A DNA stretch of 28,802 nt. Origin: Candidatus Micrarchaeia archaeon. GTDB taxonomy: Archaea; Micrarchaeota; Micrarchaeia; Anstonellales; J096. Where the stretch lies: contig JBGQMB010000007.1 in NCBI GenBank assembly GCA_041500405.1, forward strand, positions 1 through 28,802. The letters run 5' to 3'. The position numbers were made by a program, and so were the translations under genes. Shown here in pieces: positions 1-9,018 of this stretch; within the stretch, counting starts at the first letter, position 1, and every line of letters starts with the position of its first letter. Below the pieces are notes generated by a model that was not told the DNA's origin, did not search any database, and was given only the letters and a program-made list of their open reading frames with translations.

Positions 1-3000
1 TACAACAAGAGCAACAACCAGACCTTCGTGCCGGTCGGAAGCGTAATTGTGGTTACGGGAAGGGCGACGCCATATGACAAGGACTGCACGGATATGATGC
101 TGCCTTCGGCAGAGACGCGGTTTTGCACTGCCGCCCCGCAGAGCGACTGGGGCATTTCAGGGAACTCGCAGAAGGTTTTGGAGTTGCAGGACGCTTGGGG
201 CGTTTCAGACTGCTCCAGCAGAAGCAGGCCGTCAGGATGCGTCGTAAAATACATATACGTATGCAACGGACTGCCCTGCCTCGCTACCGGTGCAACCGCC
301 GTCCAATCCTGGAATAGGGATAATCCGGAATACCCGGTTGTACAGTGTTCGTGTCCTTCGGGGGACGTCGGCGGTCCCGTCGTACTGTTCGACTGCCCAT
401 CGACCGGCACGGCAGGCACGACATCTACACAATTCTGCTCATACAGTAAGGACCAGGCAAGGTACAACACCTCATATTACCCCACAACCGCGGACCTGCT
501 GCAAAGGAACAGCCTTGTCAAGTCCATGTGCCCCGGATGCAGGACAGCGGTTGAGGTTGCCGGAAGCCTGAAGGAGATAAACGGCGCGTTCACCATACAA
601 ACGCAGAGGGGCAACGAGGCGGACGTGCTGATGACGACGTTCAAGGAAGTGAACATAGACAATCAGGTGACGCTGGAGGACATATACGATGACTACGGCA
701 TTACGCAGAGGCCAAGGCCCTCCGCCCCGGACCCGATGTGCCTGAGCGAATCGGCCTCGGACGATGATGAAATGGACTTTATGGCCTTGGCGTGCACGCC
801 CGGATATAGGGTGTCTGACGTCACAACGAAGTACGGCGAAGTAACATACACGACAAGCCCGACAACTTACACGGGATACTGGACCAACACTTTTACGCTC
901 CCCAACGGCACAAAAACCACGATTTCAGGCACAGGCAGTTATATGACAAACAAGGAGGAGACGCTGGCATGCAACAGCATCGGCACAGGATACTGCTCGT
1001 ACAAAAACGTCCCTGGAAACGAAATGTTCTTCTTTGACCAGAAGACAGTGGATTATAGCGTGCAGGTGCCGGCATACACGCCGGAAAACGGCTGGAACGG
1101 CGTAAATGTGTGGGGCCTTCCGGACAACAAGCCCTGCGCTGCGACGCAGATTGTAGATGGCGTGCCCACAGCATGCCCGGCAAAGGTCCGGAGCATATTC
1201 TTCGGCTGGATTACATATCCATGCACCTGCATTGTTCCCGGAACCCCGACCACAACCACAGAATGGAAAACCTGGACGCTTCCAGGGGTGACGCTTCCAG
1301 GGGTGCCGCATAAGGAGATAACGTGTTCCATACCAATCTGCACAGACCCATGGGACACGACATGCAAGACGGGCGCCTGTTCAGGCGGAGTCGGGATTAT
1401 GGGGGAGACGTGCACCGCAAAGCCGAACTGCATAAACGTGCCTTTTCTGCCCAGTGCCGGAATATGCACATGGAATCCTCCGCAGTCTGAATCAGGATGC
1501 AACACCTGCAACGCAACCAGTGCCACAACCGCAGACTACAGTTACAGGGCCTGCACTTCAGGAAGCCAGGCCTGCGTCATTCCAACAAGCGGAACGAACG
1601 AGGGCAAGCTGGTTTGCAGCAGCAACCACAACACGCTTTGCGTCCAAGGCGCCCCGAACAACGACATGGTGTGTCTAATGGGCAGCGCATGCGACGCCTG
1701 GTCCACTAATCTGTATTGCAGCAGCACTGGACATGGCATATTCACTACATATGACGACTACTGCACGCAATGGATGGCAGGCGGGGCTCCTGGATACAAC
1801 GCCAACAAACTGGTCTGCAGGTCAGACAAATATGAGATTTATCCAACGTCCTGCGTTTTCAGCAGTTTAAGCTGGGCATGGACGTGCCCGGAAAGCACCC
1901 ACGACTGTGAAGAATACAGCGCCTTTGGAAGCCCTGTCAATGCCGCGGAAAATCCGAGCAAGACAAAGCTCAAGACCGCCTCCTTGGAGATAACCTGCGA
2001 CAGCAGGTTCTATCCTGTGGATTTCATGCTCTACTGGATGCTGTATGATGGACATATAAATGAGAACCGTGCCGGCTATTACAGCAATCTTTTAACAAAT
2101 GAGATAATGACAGACAATGCGGCAAACAGCGCAGGCATGGACGCGACGATGTGCACAAGGGACAGCGACATCAGGACATATTATATTGGAAAAGGATGCA
2201 ACGACGCGTTCAACACAACGGACATGCTTGTGCTCAATCTTGAGATAGACCCCGCAACGACGAGGCACACTTCCGCTGATTACGAAGCGTGGTACACCGA
2301 GATGGCGGATGCCATAGTCAATTACTCGTCCAGCGAAACGTATACCTACGGAAAGCCGATAGTAATCTACATCAGGAGCATGAAGAACGCGTCCGGATTC
2401 AACCCGGAGAAGTTCATGACAGTGCTTGGCATAAACATGGAAAGGATGATAAACGCCGGCGTTGTCGCGATACATTTCGAGGACTGGAAGCAAGTCTCCA
2501 CCGGCGGCCAGAATGCATATGTTACGGACCAGCTGAACTACAGCAAGATGCTGTACGCGTTTGATGCGTCCGGAAGGCCGACGCAAACGTTCAGCGCGCT
2601 CTCGGACCTTGGAAGGGCCATATCCAAGAAGATAAGCTTCTCAGTGGCGAAATCCACGCCAGTCTACAACGAGACAACGTGCCTGAACAGTTCAACGCCG
2701 TGCATAGCGGACAGCGCATGCATCGAAGAGGCGGATATAGGGACGATGAACATAACCTGCTACAACAGCACCGGCGCGGTCAAGATAGTATATGCCATGC
2801 ATCCAAGCAGCAGCGAGGAGGACATGGCGCAGATATTCTCGAACCCGGACAAGTACAAGAGCATAATAGGCTCGGTCAACAGGTATTCAAACAGGAAGCT
2901 GTGCATTTCCTCAATCGGGAACAGCACTTATTTCACGTCCTACATGTCCAATGCGGGATACGGCATACCTGTTGCATGGGACCAGCTCCAGGGCCAGACG

Positions 3001-3084
3001 TGCACTGCAACAGGATTGACGAACGCGGAAGTGCTGTCGCTTGCGACGGGCGGAGCATCCGCGTACGTATGCAGGCTGGAATGA
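1..3084 (+). CDS. Giant Cys/Thr-rich putative surface or secreted protein, 5'-truncated (>1027 aa)
   Basis: Frame is open from base 1 (YNKSNNQTFVPVGS...). Dense Cys clusters, Thr-rich tracts and many N-x-S/T sequons, with a Cys-poorer alpha/beta-like block near the C-terminus. Confidence 0.8.
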   Translation, partial: YNKSNNQTFVPVGSVIVVTGRATPYDKDCTDMMLPSAETRFCTAAPQSDWGISGNSQKVLELQDAWGVSDCSSRSRPSGCVVKYIYVCNGLPCLATGATAVQSWNRDNPEYPVVQCSCPSGDVGGPVVLFDCPSTGTAGTTSTQFCSYSKDQARYNTSYYPTTADLLQRNSLVKSMCPGCRTAVEVAGSLKEINGAFTIQTQRGNEADVLMTTFKEVNIDNQVTLEDIYDDYGITQRPRPSAPDPMCLSESASDDDEMDFMALACTPGYRVSDVTTKYGEVTYTTSPTTYTGYWTNTFTLPNGTKTTISGTGSYMTNKEETLACNSIGTGYCSYKNVPGNEMFFFDQKTVDYSVQVPAYTPENGWNGVNVWGLPDNKPCAATQIVDGVPTACPAKVRSIFFGWITYPCTCIVPGTPTTTTEWKTWTLPGVTLPGVPHKEITCSIPICTDPWDTTCKTGACSGGVGIMGETCTAKPNCINVPFLPSAGICTWNPPQSESGCNTCNATSATTADYSYRACTSGSQACVIPTSGTNEGKLVCSSNHNTLCVQGAPNNDMVCLMGSACDAWSTNLYCSSTGHGIFTTYDDYCTQWMAGGAPGYNANKLVCRSDKYEIYPTSCVFSSLSWAWTCPESTHDCEEYSAFGSPVNAAENPSKTKLKTASLEITCDSRFYPVDFMLYWMLYDGHINENRAGYYSNLLTNEIMTDNAANSAGMDATMCTRDSDIRTYYIGKGCNDAFNTTDMLVLNLEIDPATTRHTSADYEAWYTEMADAIVNYSSSETYTYGKPIVIYIRSMKNASGFNPEKFMTVLGINMERMINAGVVAIHFEDWKQVSTGGQNAYVTDQLNYSKMLYAFDASGRPTQTFSALSDLGRAISKKISFSVAKSTPVYNETTCLNSSTPCIADSACIEEADIGTMNITCYNSTGAVKIVYAMHPSSSEEDMAQIFSNPDKYKSIIGSVNRYSNRKLCISSIGNSTYFTSYMSNAGYGIPVAWDQLQGQTCTATGLTNAEVLSLATGGASAYVCRLE

Positions 3085-3129
3085 GCGCACAGGGCATGGT
3101 TTTTAAATGATTGCGCCCATATCCGGTTT

Positions 3130-3843
3130 ATGGGATCCTTCGCGCGTGCGTACAGGGAAGTCGTAAACAGGCCCGTGGAATACGCAAAAATCATGTTTTA
3201 TTTCCTGATACTGGCAATCATTTCAGTTGTCGCCCCGCTCGGCCTGGCAGGCCTTTTCTCGCTAATAGCGAGCTATTCGAACGTGGAGGCGGCGATCGTA
3301 TCCCTGGCTGGCGTTGGGATTTACGTCATTGCCTTCCTGCTGCTTTCAAACGGCGCATACGGCGCGCTGCTCAAGGCCATTGACGCAAGGGAAAACAGCA
3401 GGGACATGGGCCTTGACGAGATGGCAAGCTACGCGCTCGGAAACTGCGTAAAACTAACGATAATAAACCTCGTTGAGCTGGCCATAATAGCTTTTTTCGC
3501 GGCAATAGTGCTTGGAACGCTGTACCTTCTCAATATAGACGTAACAAGGAAACTGTACCTTGGGGTGGGATTGGTGATTTTGAGCATTCCGGCCCTGCTT
3601 GTAAAATATCTATTTTCTTTGACAACAGTATCCTATGTCAAGTCAGCAGGCATAAGAAGGAGCATATCAAAATCCTTCAGGATAACGATATTGAGGGGGC
3701 TGAATTACATTCCGGTGTTCATTGCGGTTTGGATAGTGACGCTTACGCTCCTGATACCGTTCATAAACATAGCGACGGTGTTCTTGCTCTTTCCTATGGC
3801 GCTGCTGGCCCTTATGATGGAGTTCGAGAAGCTGTTCCTTTAG
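3130..3843 (+). CDS. Hypothetical multi-pass membrane protein
   Basis: 237 aa with about 6 hydrophobic segments. TTTTTAAA box at about 3100-3107. Confidence 0.8.
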   Translation: MGSFARAYREVVNRPVEYAKIMFYFLILAIISVVAPLGLAGLFSLIASYSNVEAAIVSLAGVGIYVIAFLLLSNGAYGALLKAIDARENSRDMGLDEMASYALGNCVKLTIINLVELAIIAFFAAIVLGTLYLLNIDVTRKLYLGVGLVILSIPALLVKYLFSLTTVSYVKSAGIRRSISKSFRITILRGLNYIPVFIAVWIVTLTLLIPFINIATVFLLFPMALLALMMEFEKLFL

Positions 3844-3877
3844 TCTTTTAAACGTTTTCCTTCATATGAGAAACTGC

Positions 3878-3889
3878 GCGGTTGTAGTC
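3878..3889 (+). repeat. 12-bp duplicate of the tRNA-Gly 5' end
   Basis: GCGGTTGTAGTC is identical to 3964-3975. Confidence 0.9.
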
Positions 3890-3963
3890 AGGCTCCTTTT
3901 CTTGGGAAGAAAAGGCCCCTGGGTTCAAAAGAACCCTTTTGGCATGACGTGGCTGCAGAATAA
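3890..3963 (+). repeat. Palindromic repeat element, copy 1
   Basis: Hairpin CCTTTTCTT-GGG-AAGAAAAGG (3895-3915) followed by TGGGTTCAAAAGAA (3920-3933). Confidence 0.8.
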
Positions 3964-4034
3964 GCGGTTGTAGTCTAGTGGTAGGATATGGCCTTGCCAA
4001 GGCTAAGACCCGGGTTCAAATCCCGGCAGCCGCA
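3964..4034 (+). tRNA. tRNA-Gly(GCC)
   Basis: Cloverleaf: acceptor GCGGTTG/CAGCCGC, anticodon arm TGGCC-TTGCCAA-GGCTA, T arm CCGGG-TTCAAAT-CCCGG. CCA not encoded. Confidence 0.97.
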
Positions 4035-4065
4035 TTGTAAGCGCGCCTAGGGATGCGAACCCGGA

Positions 4066-4088
4066 GGGTTCAAATCCCGGCAGCCGCA
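4066..4088 (+). repeat. 23-bp duplicate of the tRNA-Gly 3' end (att-like)
   Basis: GGGTTCAAATCCCGGCAGCCGCA is identical to 4012-4034. Confidence 0.92.
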
Positions 4089-4157
4089 AGCCCCTTTTCT
4101 TCGCGAAGAAAAGGGGCTTGGGTTCAAAAGAAGGCGTTTGGGTGCCTGCGGGCGCAT
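4089..4157 (+). repeat. Palindromic repeat element, copy 2
   Basis: Perfect 30-bp palindrome AGCCCCTTTTCTTCGCGAAGAAAAGGGGCT (4089-4118), then TGGGTTCAAAAGAA (4119-4132), then GGTGCCTGCGGGCGC. Confidence 0.85.
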
Positions 4158-4171
4158 AAATGGTGAAGTAA

Positions 4172-4660
4172 ATGGCGAAGATTTACGAAACGGAAAATTT
4201 TGTTGTCGAAGCTGTTGAAAAACCACACATAGACAGAAACGATGGGGGGCATATTAAAATTTACCCCAAAGTAAGAATAGTGGATAGGCAGCATCTTTCT
4301 CCCATGCAAGCCGTCGAAGTTATGAGACTAACTATTATTGTTGGAGAAGCTATGGCTAAAGTGATGAACGAGCATGGGGTTGACATTGGCAGGATAAACT
4401 ATCAGGACAATGGAAATTGGAGCGTCTTTAAACCCGAAGGACCTTATTTCCATATTCATTTGTATGGCAGGGCAAAAAGCGCAAAAATCCAAAGATATGG
4501 GCAATCATGCTATTTTCCCCATATAGCAGAAAAACCCGAATTCTATGAAAAATTGAAACCGCTGAACGAAGACGACATCAAGGATATCAGGGCCGAGATT
4601 GAAAAACTTTTCAAGGAAAAAAGATTTTCTGATTCAACATGGGGCTTAACCAAGCATTAG
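4172..4660 (+). CDS. HIT-family nucleotide hydrolase
   Basis: GGHIKIYPK motif, RINYQDNGN and a HIT-like YFHIHLYGR. Visibly AT-richer than its neighbours. Confidence 0.8.
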   Translation: MAKIYETENFVVEAVEKPHIDRNDGGHIKIYPKVRIVDRQHLSPMQAVEVMRLTIIVGEAMAKVMNEHGVDIGRINYQDNGNWSVFKPEGPYFHIHLYGRAKSAKIQRYGQSCYFPHIAEKPEFYEKLKPLNEDDIKDIRAEIEKLFKEKRFSDSTWGLTKH

Positions 4661-4742
4661 ATAAAGGAAGGGAAAGCCCGAAAGATGCGCTGAGGCACCC
4701 ATAAAAAGGCATGTTTTAAAAGGCTTAAAGAGAAACGCACTT

Positions 4743-5255
4743 ATGTTCCTGACGGACGTGGACATCAAAAGGGCCATGGAGAAGGGCGAGATAAGGTTCG
4801 AGCCCGCTGTTTCTGATGACCAGATAGGGCCTGGAAGCGTCGACCTGACGCTGGACAACAGGTGGTGGTTCTTCAAAAAGGGGAAGAAGAGGATAGACCT
4901 GTCCAAAACCGGCTGGCAGGAAATAATGGATGAAAAGAAGGCAAAATCCATAGTCCTGAAGCCGCAGCAGATGTGCCTTGCGATAACAAAGGAGAAAATA
5001 ACGCTGGCTGACGACATTGTCGGATTGCTGGAGGGCAGGAGCAGGTACGCAAGGATGGGCCTTTCCATCCATATAACGTCCTCTTTCGTCCAGCCCGGCG
5101 TGAGCAACCACCAGGTCCTTGAGGTATTGAACAACTCCAATTATGATTATGTATTGAGCGAGGGCATGAGGATAACGCACATCGTTTTCGCGAGGGCGCA
5201 GTCCCCGACCTCGAAGCCATACAGGAAGTTCGGGAAAATCGCCAGGAGGCAGTGA
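4743..5255 (+). CDS. dcd: dCTP deaminase
   Basis: N-terminal MFLTDVDI, QIGPGSVDLTL, EGRSRYARMGL, VQPG...LEVLN and GMRITHIVF. Confidence 0.93.
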   Translation: MFLTDVDIKRAMEKGEIRFEPAVSDDQIGPGSVDLTLDNRWWFFKKGKKRIDLSKTGWQEIMDEKKAKSIVLKPQQMCLAITKEKITLADDIVGLLEGRSRYARMGLSIHITSSFVQPGVSNHQVLEVLNNSNYDYVLSEGMRITHIVFARAQSPTSKPYRKFGKIARRQ

Positions 5256-6481
5256 TTGAAATGAAAACGCTATTCTTGCTTTTGGATGGTCTTGGAGATA
5301 TTAGGGACAACAAAAAGCCCACGCCGCTTGAGATGGCGAAGAAGCCCAACATGGACAGATTGGCGAAGGAAGGCGCGCTTGGACAGCTCCACTCGCTTGG
5401 GTTCGGCATAAAGCCAGGAAGCGACACGTCCCAGCTTGCCATCTTCGGGTATGACATAATGTCCGAATATCCCGGAAGGGGGCCTTTGGAGGCATTGGGC
5501 GCAGGCGTCGATTTCAGGCCAGGCGACGTCGCATTCAGGGTGAATTTTGCCACAGTGGACAAGGGAATGAAACTTGTAGACAGGCGGGCGGGCAGGATTG
5601 ACAGCCAAACCGCAAAAGCATTGGAAAAGCACATCAACGGGATGGAGATAGAAAAGGCAAAGATAATTTTCAAGTCCACTGTGGAGCACAGGGGCGTGCT
5701 TATAATAAGGGGGGACAGGCTGAGTGGAAGAATTTCAGATACGGATCCTCACGAGGCTAACGTGAAAATGGGCATATCCGAGCCGCTTGACACAAGCGCG
5801 GAGGCAAAAAGGACGGCAAGGATACTGAATGAAGCCATAAGCGAAGCCTGCAAAAGGCTTGGCAAGGCACCCGAGAACATTGAAAGGGCGAGAAAGGGCC
5901 TGCATCCTGCCAATGCTATCCTTTGCAGGGGCGCAGGGGAATACGCCGAAGTTGAAAAATTCGAGGACAGGCATGGGCTTAAGGCGGCTTGCGTGGCCGG
6001 CGGCGCATTGTACAGGGGCATCGCAAGGTACATCGGCATGGACGTCATCATGTTCCCGGGGCCGACCGGAAAAAGGTACGATGTTTATGCGCACAAAAAG
6101 GCGGAAATGGCAGTCAAGGCCTCAAAGGACCATGATTTCGTGTTCCTTCATGTTAAAGCAACAGACAACTACGGCCACGATGGAAACCGCGAAGGGAAAA
6201 AGTCCGTGATAGAAGAAGTGGACAGGGTCATTATTCCTGTCGTGAAGGACAAGTTCGACATTATAGTCATAACAGGGGACCACAGCACGCCGTGCTTGCT
6301 CAAGGCGCACAGCGGGCATCCAAACCCATTCCTTGCCTGGGGAAGGACGGTCAGGCAGGACAAGACAAGGAAATTCGATGAATACGCGGCAATGGAAGGC
6401 GGCATCGGAAACATAAACGGCGAGGATGTGATGCAGCTTATCCTGAACTGGATGGACAAAAACAGGAAAATCGGGGAATAA
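5252..6481 (+). CDS. apgM: 2,3-bisphosphoglycerate-independent phosphoglycerate mutase (archaeal type)
   Basis: LLDGLGD, TPLE..KPNMD, PGSDTSQL, GRGPLEALG, DVAFRVNF, TDNYGHDG and TGDHSTP motifs. GTG start overlaps the dcd stop (alternative ATG at 5261). Confidence 0.95.
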   Translation: MIEMKTLFLLLDGLGDIRDNKKPTPLEMAKKPNMDRLAKEGALGQLHSLGFGIKPGSDTSQLAIFGYDIMSEYPGRGPLEALGAGVDFRPGDVAFRVNFATVDKGMKLVDRRAGRIDSQTAKALEKHINGMEIEKAKIIFKSTVEHRGVLIIRGDRLSGRISDTDPHEANVKMGISEPLDTSAEAKRTARILNEAISEACKRLGKAPENIERARKGLHPANAILCRGAGEYAEVEKFEDRHGLKAACVAGGALYRGIARYIGMDVIMFPGPTGKRYDVYAHKKAEMAVKASKDHDFVFLHVKATDNYGHDGNREGKKSVIEEVDRVIIPVVKDKFDIIVITGDHSTPCLLKAHSGHPNPFLAWGRTVRQDKTRKFDEYAAMEGGIGNINGEDVMQLILNWMDKNRKIGE

Positions 6482-6487
6482 TGCTAA

Positions 6488-6520
6488 TTAAGCAAAAAAG
6501 AAAATTAAAAAAAATAAAAA
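6488..6520 (-). terminator. T-rich archaeal terminator-like tract downstream of the pilin
   Basis: Long A-runs on the + strand (T-runs on the - strand) just after the pilin stop, between convergent genes. Confidence 0.5.
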
Positions 6521-6533
6521 GTTGAGGGCCTTT

Positions 6534-7076
6534 TCAGCCCTGAACTATCGACGTCGAAACGCTTACCGTCATCTTTCTCGGATGAGTCGCGTTAGCAAGC
6601 GAATCGGGGTCCTCAAGGTAGTAATAAATCATTACGCCGTTGAACTGCTGGTTCGCGCTTCCAGAAGCCGTTCCTTGAGGAGTGGCAGTCGAGGAATAGC
6701 AGGGAACACTCAAGAACTTTTGCGTGTTTCCCGGCTGTACCGCAACTGCGGTTGTATAAGTTGTTCCAATGCCAGAAGTCACTGCGCTTGGCTCAGCTCC
6801 CATAAAGCACACTACCCTTTGCACCTTTATGCCCTTTCCCAGCCCGTTCTGGAGCACCATGGACATTGTAAGCGAACTGTCGGTTGCGCTTTTTGTCTGC
6901 ACTATCGGCTGCGAGTCCCCGCATGAGAATCCAACGGGTGCCTGGCACCTCTGGATCTTTGACATGTTTGTGAACAGAAGCAACAGTATGCCCAGCACAA
7001 TCACTATCACCAATATGGCCCACCCGTACGTCATCAGGTACTCAAGTGCGGCCTGTCCTTTTTTTGCGTTTTTCAT
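6534..7076 (-). CDS. Archaeal type IV pilin (class III signal peptide)
   Basis: MKNAKKG^QAALEYLMTYGWAILVIVIV: basic leader, G|Q cleavage site, E at +5, hydrophobic helix. GAGGTG lies 8 nt upstream. Confidence 0.92.
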   Translation of the reverse strand: MKNAKKGQAALEYLMTYGWAILVIVIVLGILLLLFTNMSKIQRCQAPVGFSCGDSQPIVQTKSATDSSLTMSMVLQNGLGKGIKVQRVVCFMGAEPSAVTSGIGTTYTTAVAVQPGNTQKFLSVPCYSSTATPQGTASGSANQQFNGVMIYYYLEDPDSLANATHPRKMTVSVSTSIVQG

Positions 7077-7105
7077 TTTTCATACACCTCTTTTTTTCAA
7101 AAGCA

Positions 7106-8176
7106 TCATATGCCGAAGCCCTGGAACATAGCTGAAACCAGGCTCATGGCCCCAAAGAACACTGCGTACGCGACCAGCACCATTATCGGGAAGAACTTCA
7201 CTCCGTCGTTCTCATTGCCCGTGTACGCGGCGCCTATTATGTACGCCGTCACGAAGTTGGTTATGAAAATCATGACCACCGAGAAGTAATAGAAGTCGCT
7301 CGGCGTTATCGGCGGCTTGCCTACGAAGAAGTTCGTCACGAACGAGTTGGACGCCATCTGGTCAAACCCGCTTGTGGGCGCCACCATCGCGAATGCGGTG
7401 AAGAGAACCTCAATCAGCTTGTTTGAGACTGAGAGAAGGAACGGCACCCCGAACGCGGCCGCGAAGAACAGGAAAATCACGTAAACGATCAGCATGGACT
7501 TTATGTCCCTCCTGACTATTATTACCTCCCTTATCTCCTCGCTCAGCTTCTCCAAAACGACTCCGACCTCGGCGCCGCTTGATATGGCCTGCTTAAGTAT
7601 CTCTATGAACCTCTTGAACAGCTTGGAGTTGAAGCGCGACGCCAAATCGTCGAGCGAATCGCCCATGGTCTTTCCGGAATAGGACTCTTTTATCGCCATC
7701 CTGACTTCAGCGGAAAGAACCCCGAACTCCGGCTTTGCGGAGTTCCACAAGGCCTGGTCAACAGGCATGCCGCCCCTTACGTTGGACGACACCATTGAAA
7801 GGAATTCAGGCAGCACGCTTTCCACGGCGCTCCTCCTCGCGTCTCCAAGGAAGACGTAGTATGCCAGTATCAGCGTCCATGAGAACAGCACCGCAAGCAC
7901 CGAGAACACCAGGGCAAGCACCGGAAACAGCGAATCCATGTTCGCCTGGCTTATGCTGAACGCAATCTCCTTCAGGAACTGCGACAGCGGGAAGAACATG
8001 AAAGAGCCTAGCAGCGCCGCTATGAATATCAGCGCAAGCACGACCGCGGAGACGCCTATGAAATATGCTCCGGGGTTCGGGCTTCCTGCCTCGCTCATCA
8101 CCCTATCGGCTTCCTTTTCGTAGCTTTTCGGGAATTGCTTTCCAATGTGGAACAGTGTGTTTATCATTTTTATCAC
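7106..8176 (-). CDS. Type IV pilus membrane platform protein (T2SSF; TadC/FlaJ-like)
   Basis: ESVLPEFLSMVSSNVRGGMPVDQAL...EFGVLSAE...SGAEVGVVLEKLSEEIR, plus transmembrane helices. Confidence 0.92.
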   Translation of the reverse strand: MIKMINTLFHIGKQFPKSYEKEADRVMSEAGSPNPGAYFIGVSAVVLALIFIAALLGSFMFFPLSQFLKEIAFSISQANMDSLFPVLALVFSVLAVLFSWTLILAYYVFLGDARRSAVESVLPEFLSMVSSNVRGGMPVDQALWNSAKPEFGVLSAEVRMAIKESYSGKTMGDSLDDLASRFNSKLFKRFIEILKQAISSGAEVGVVLEKLSEEIREVIIVRRDIKSMLIVYVIFLFFAAAFGVPFLLSVSNKLIEVLFTAFAMVAPTSGFDQMASNSFVTNFFVGKPPITPSDFYYFSVVMIFITNFVTAYIIGAAYTGNENDGVKFFPIMVLVAYAVFFGAMSLVSAMFQGFGI

Positions 8177-9018
8177 CCTAGGAACGCGTACCTCGGCCTT
8201 GAGCTTTTGACAAAGGCGAGGAACATGTACTGCACAAAGCCAAGAAGTATGGCAACAAGTATCAGGTACACCAACGGTATTGAAATGTTCTTTCCAACGA
8301 AGGAAAGCAGTATCATTATGAAAATCATGCCCAAGGACGGGAATATGACCGCGATAACCAGGTAAAACATTATCAGCGGGTTCAGCTTCTGGCCGTATTC
8401 CTTGACCTCGAGGATTTGCTCCTTGGATATCTGGTCGACCGTGGATTCAAGCGCCCTTGCGACGTTTGCCCCGGAGACCACGGCGGTTGCTATCTGGATC
8501 ACTATCCTCCTGAACGATGGGGACGGCGTCTTCTCGGCCACGTCCCTCAAAACATGGGTAAGCGGCTCGCCGAACGTCACCCTTTCAACTATCGTCCTTA
8601 TTTCGTCGCTGACCGCGCCGTATCCGTGCGTGGCGCCGACAAGAGAGTCAAACAGCGGAATCCCCGAGGAAATCTCGACTATGATGTGCTTTGCCGCAAA
8701 CACAATTTCGTTGTCTATTTCCCTTTTCCTGCGGATTATCCTGAGTTCGGGGTAAATGTATCCGTAGTAGAAGAACGACGCAAACACCAGTATGAAAACC
8801 AGGATTGGCAGCGCGAGGCTTATGTAGTAGATTATCGCAAGCCACGCGGCTATCGCGGCCGTGAAGACCGCAATCGCGAGCGAGGACAGGACAACTCCGT
8901 CCAGGAACTCGTTAGGCTGTTTCTTCTCCCCTGCCATGTTAAGCTTCCTGCCCAGGCTGGGCATGTATGGCAGCAATGCATCCGATATGTTGGATATTAT
9001 TGGCATTCTTTTGCTCAT
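8173..9018 (-). CDS. Type IV pilus membrane platform protein (T2SSF; TadB/TadC-like)
   Basis: REIDNEI...ISSGIPLFDSL...GYGAVSDEIRTIVERVTFGEPL...SPSFRR...SGANVARALE. Confidence 0.92.
   Translation of the reverse strand: MSKRMPIISNISDALLPYMPSLGRKLNMAGEKKQPNEFLDGVVLSSLAIAVFTAAIAAWLAIIYYISLALPILVFILVFASFFYYGYIYPELRIIRRKREIDNEIVFAAKHIIVEISSGIPLFDSLVGATHGYGAVSDEIRTIVERVTFGEPLTHVLRDVAEKTPSPSFRRIVIQIATAVVSGANVARALESTVDQISKEQILEVKEYGQKLNPLIMFYLVIAVIFPSLGMIFIMILLSFVGKNISIPLVYLILVAILLGFVQYMFLAFVKSSRPRYAFLG

Noticed and set aside
1275..1304. 15-bp tandem duplication GACGCTTCCAGGGGT in the giant protein gene
   Set aside because: A single in-frame slippage (TLPGV twice). There is no sign of an array or of a DGR template/variable pair, and no reverse transcriptase in the window.
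3878..4088. Split or permuted tRNA halves
   Set aside because: The fragments are only 12 and 23 nt, are identical to the intact adjacent gene, and lack complementary extensions forming a BHB.
4035..4700. Provirus or integrase island at tRNA-Gly
   Set aside because: No integrase, transposase or viral hallmark gene is present, and the duplicated ends are only 31 bp apart.
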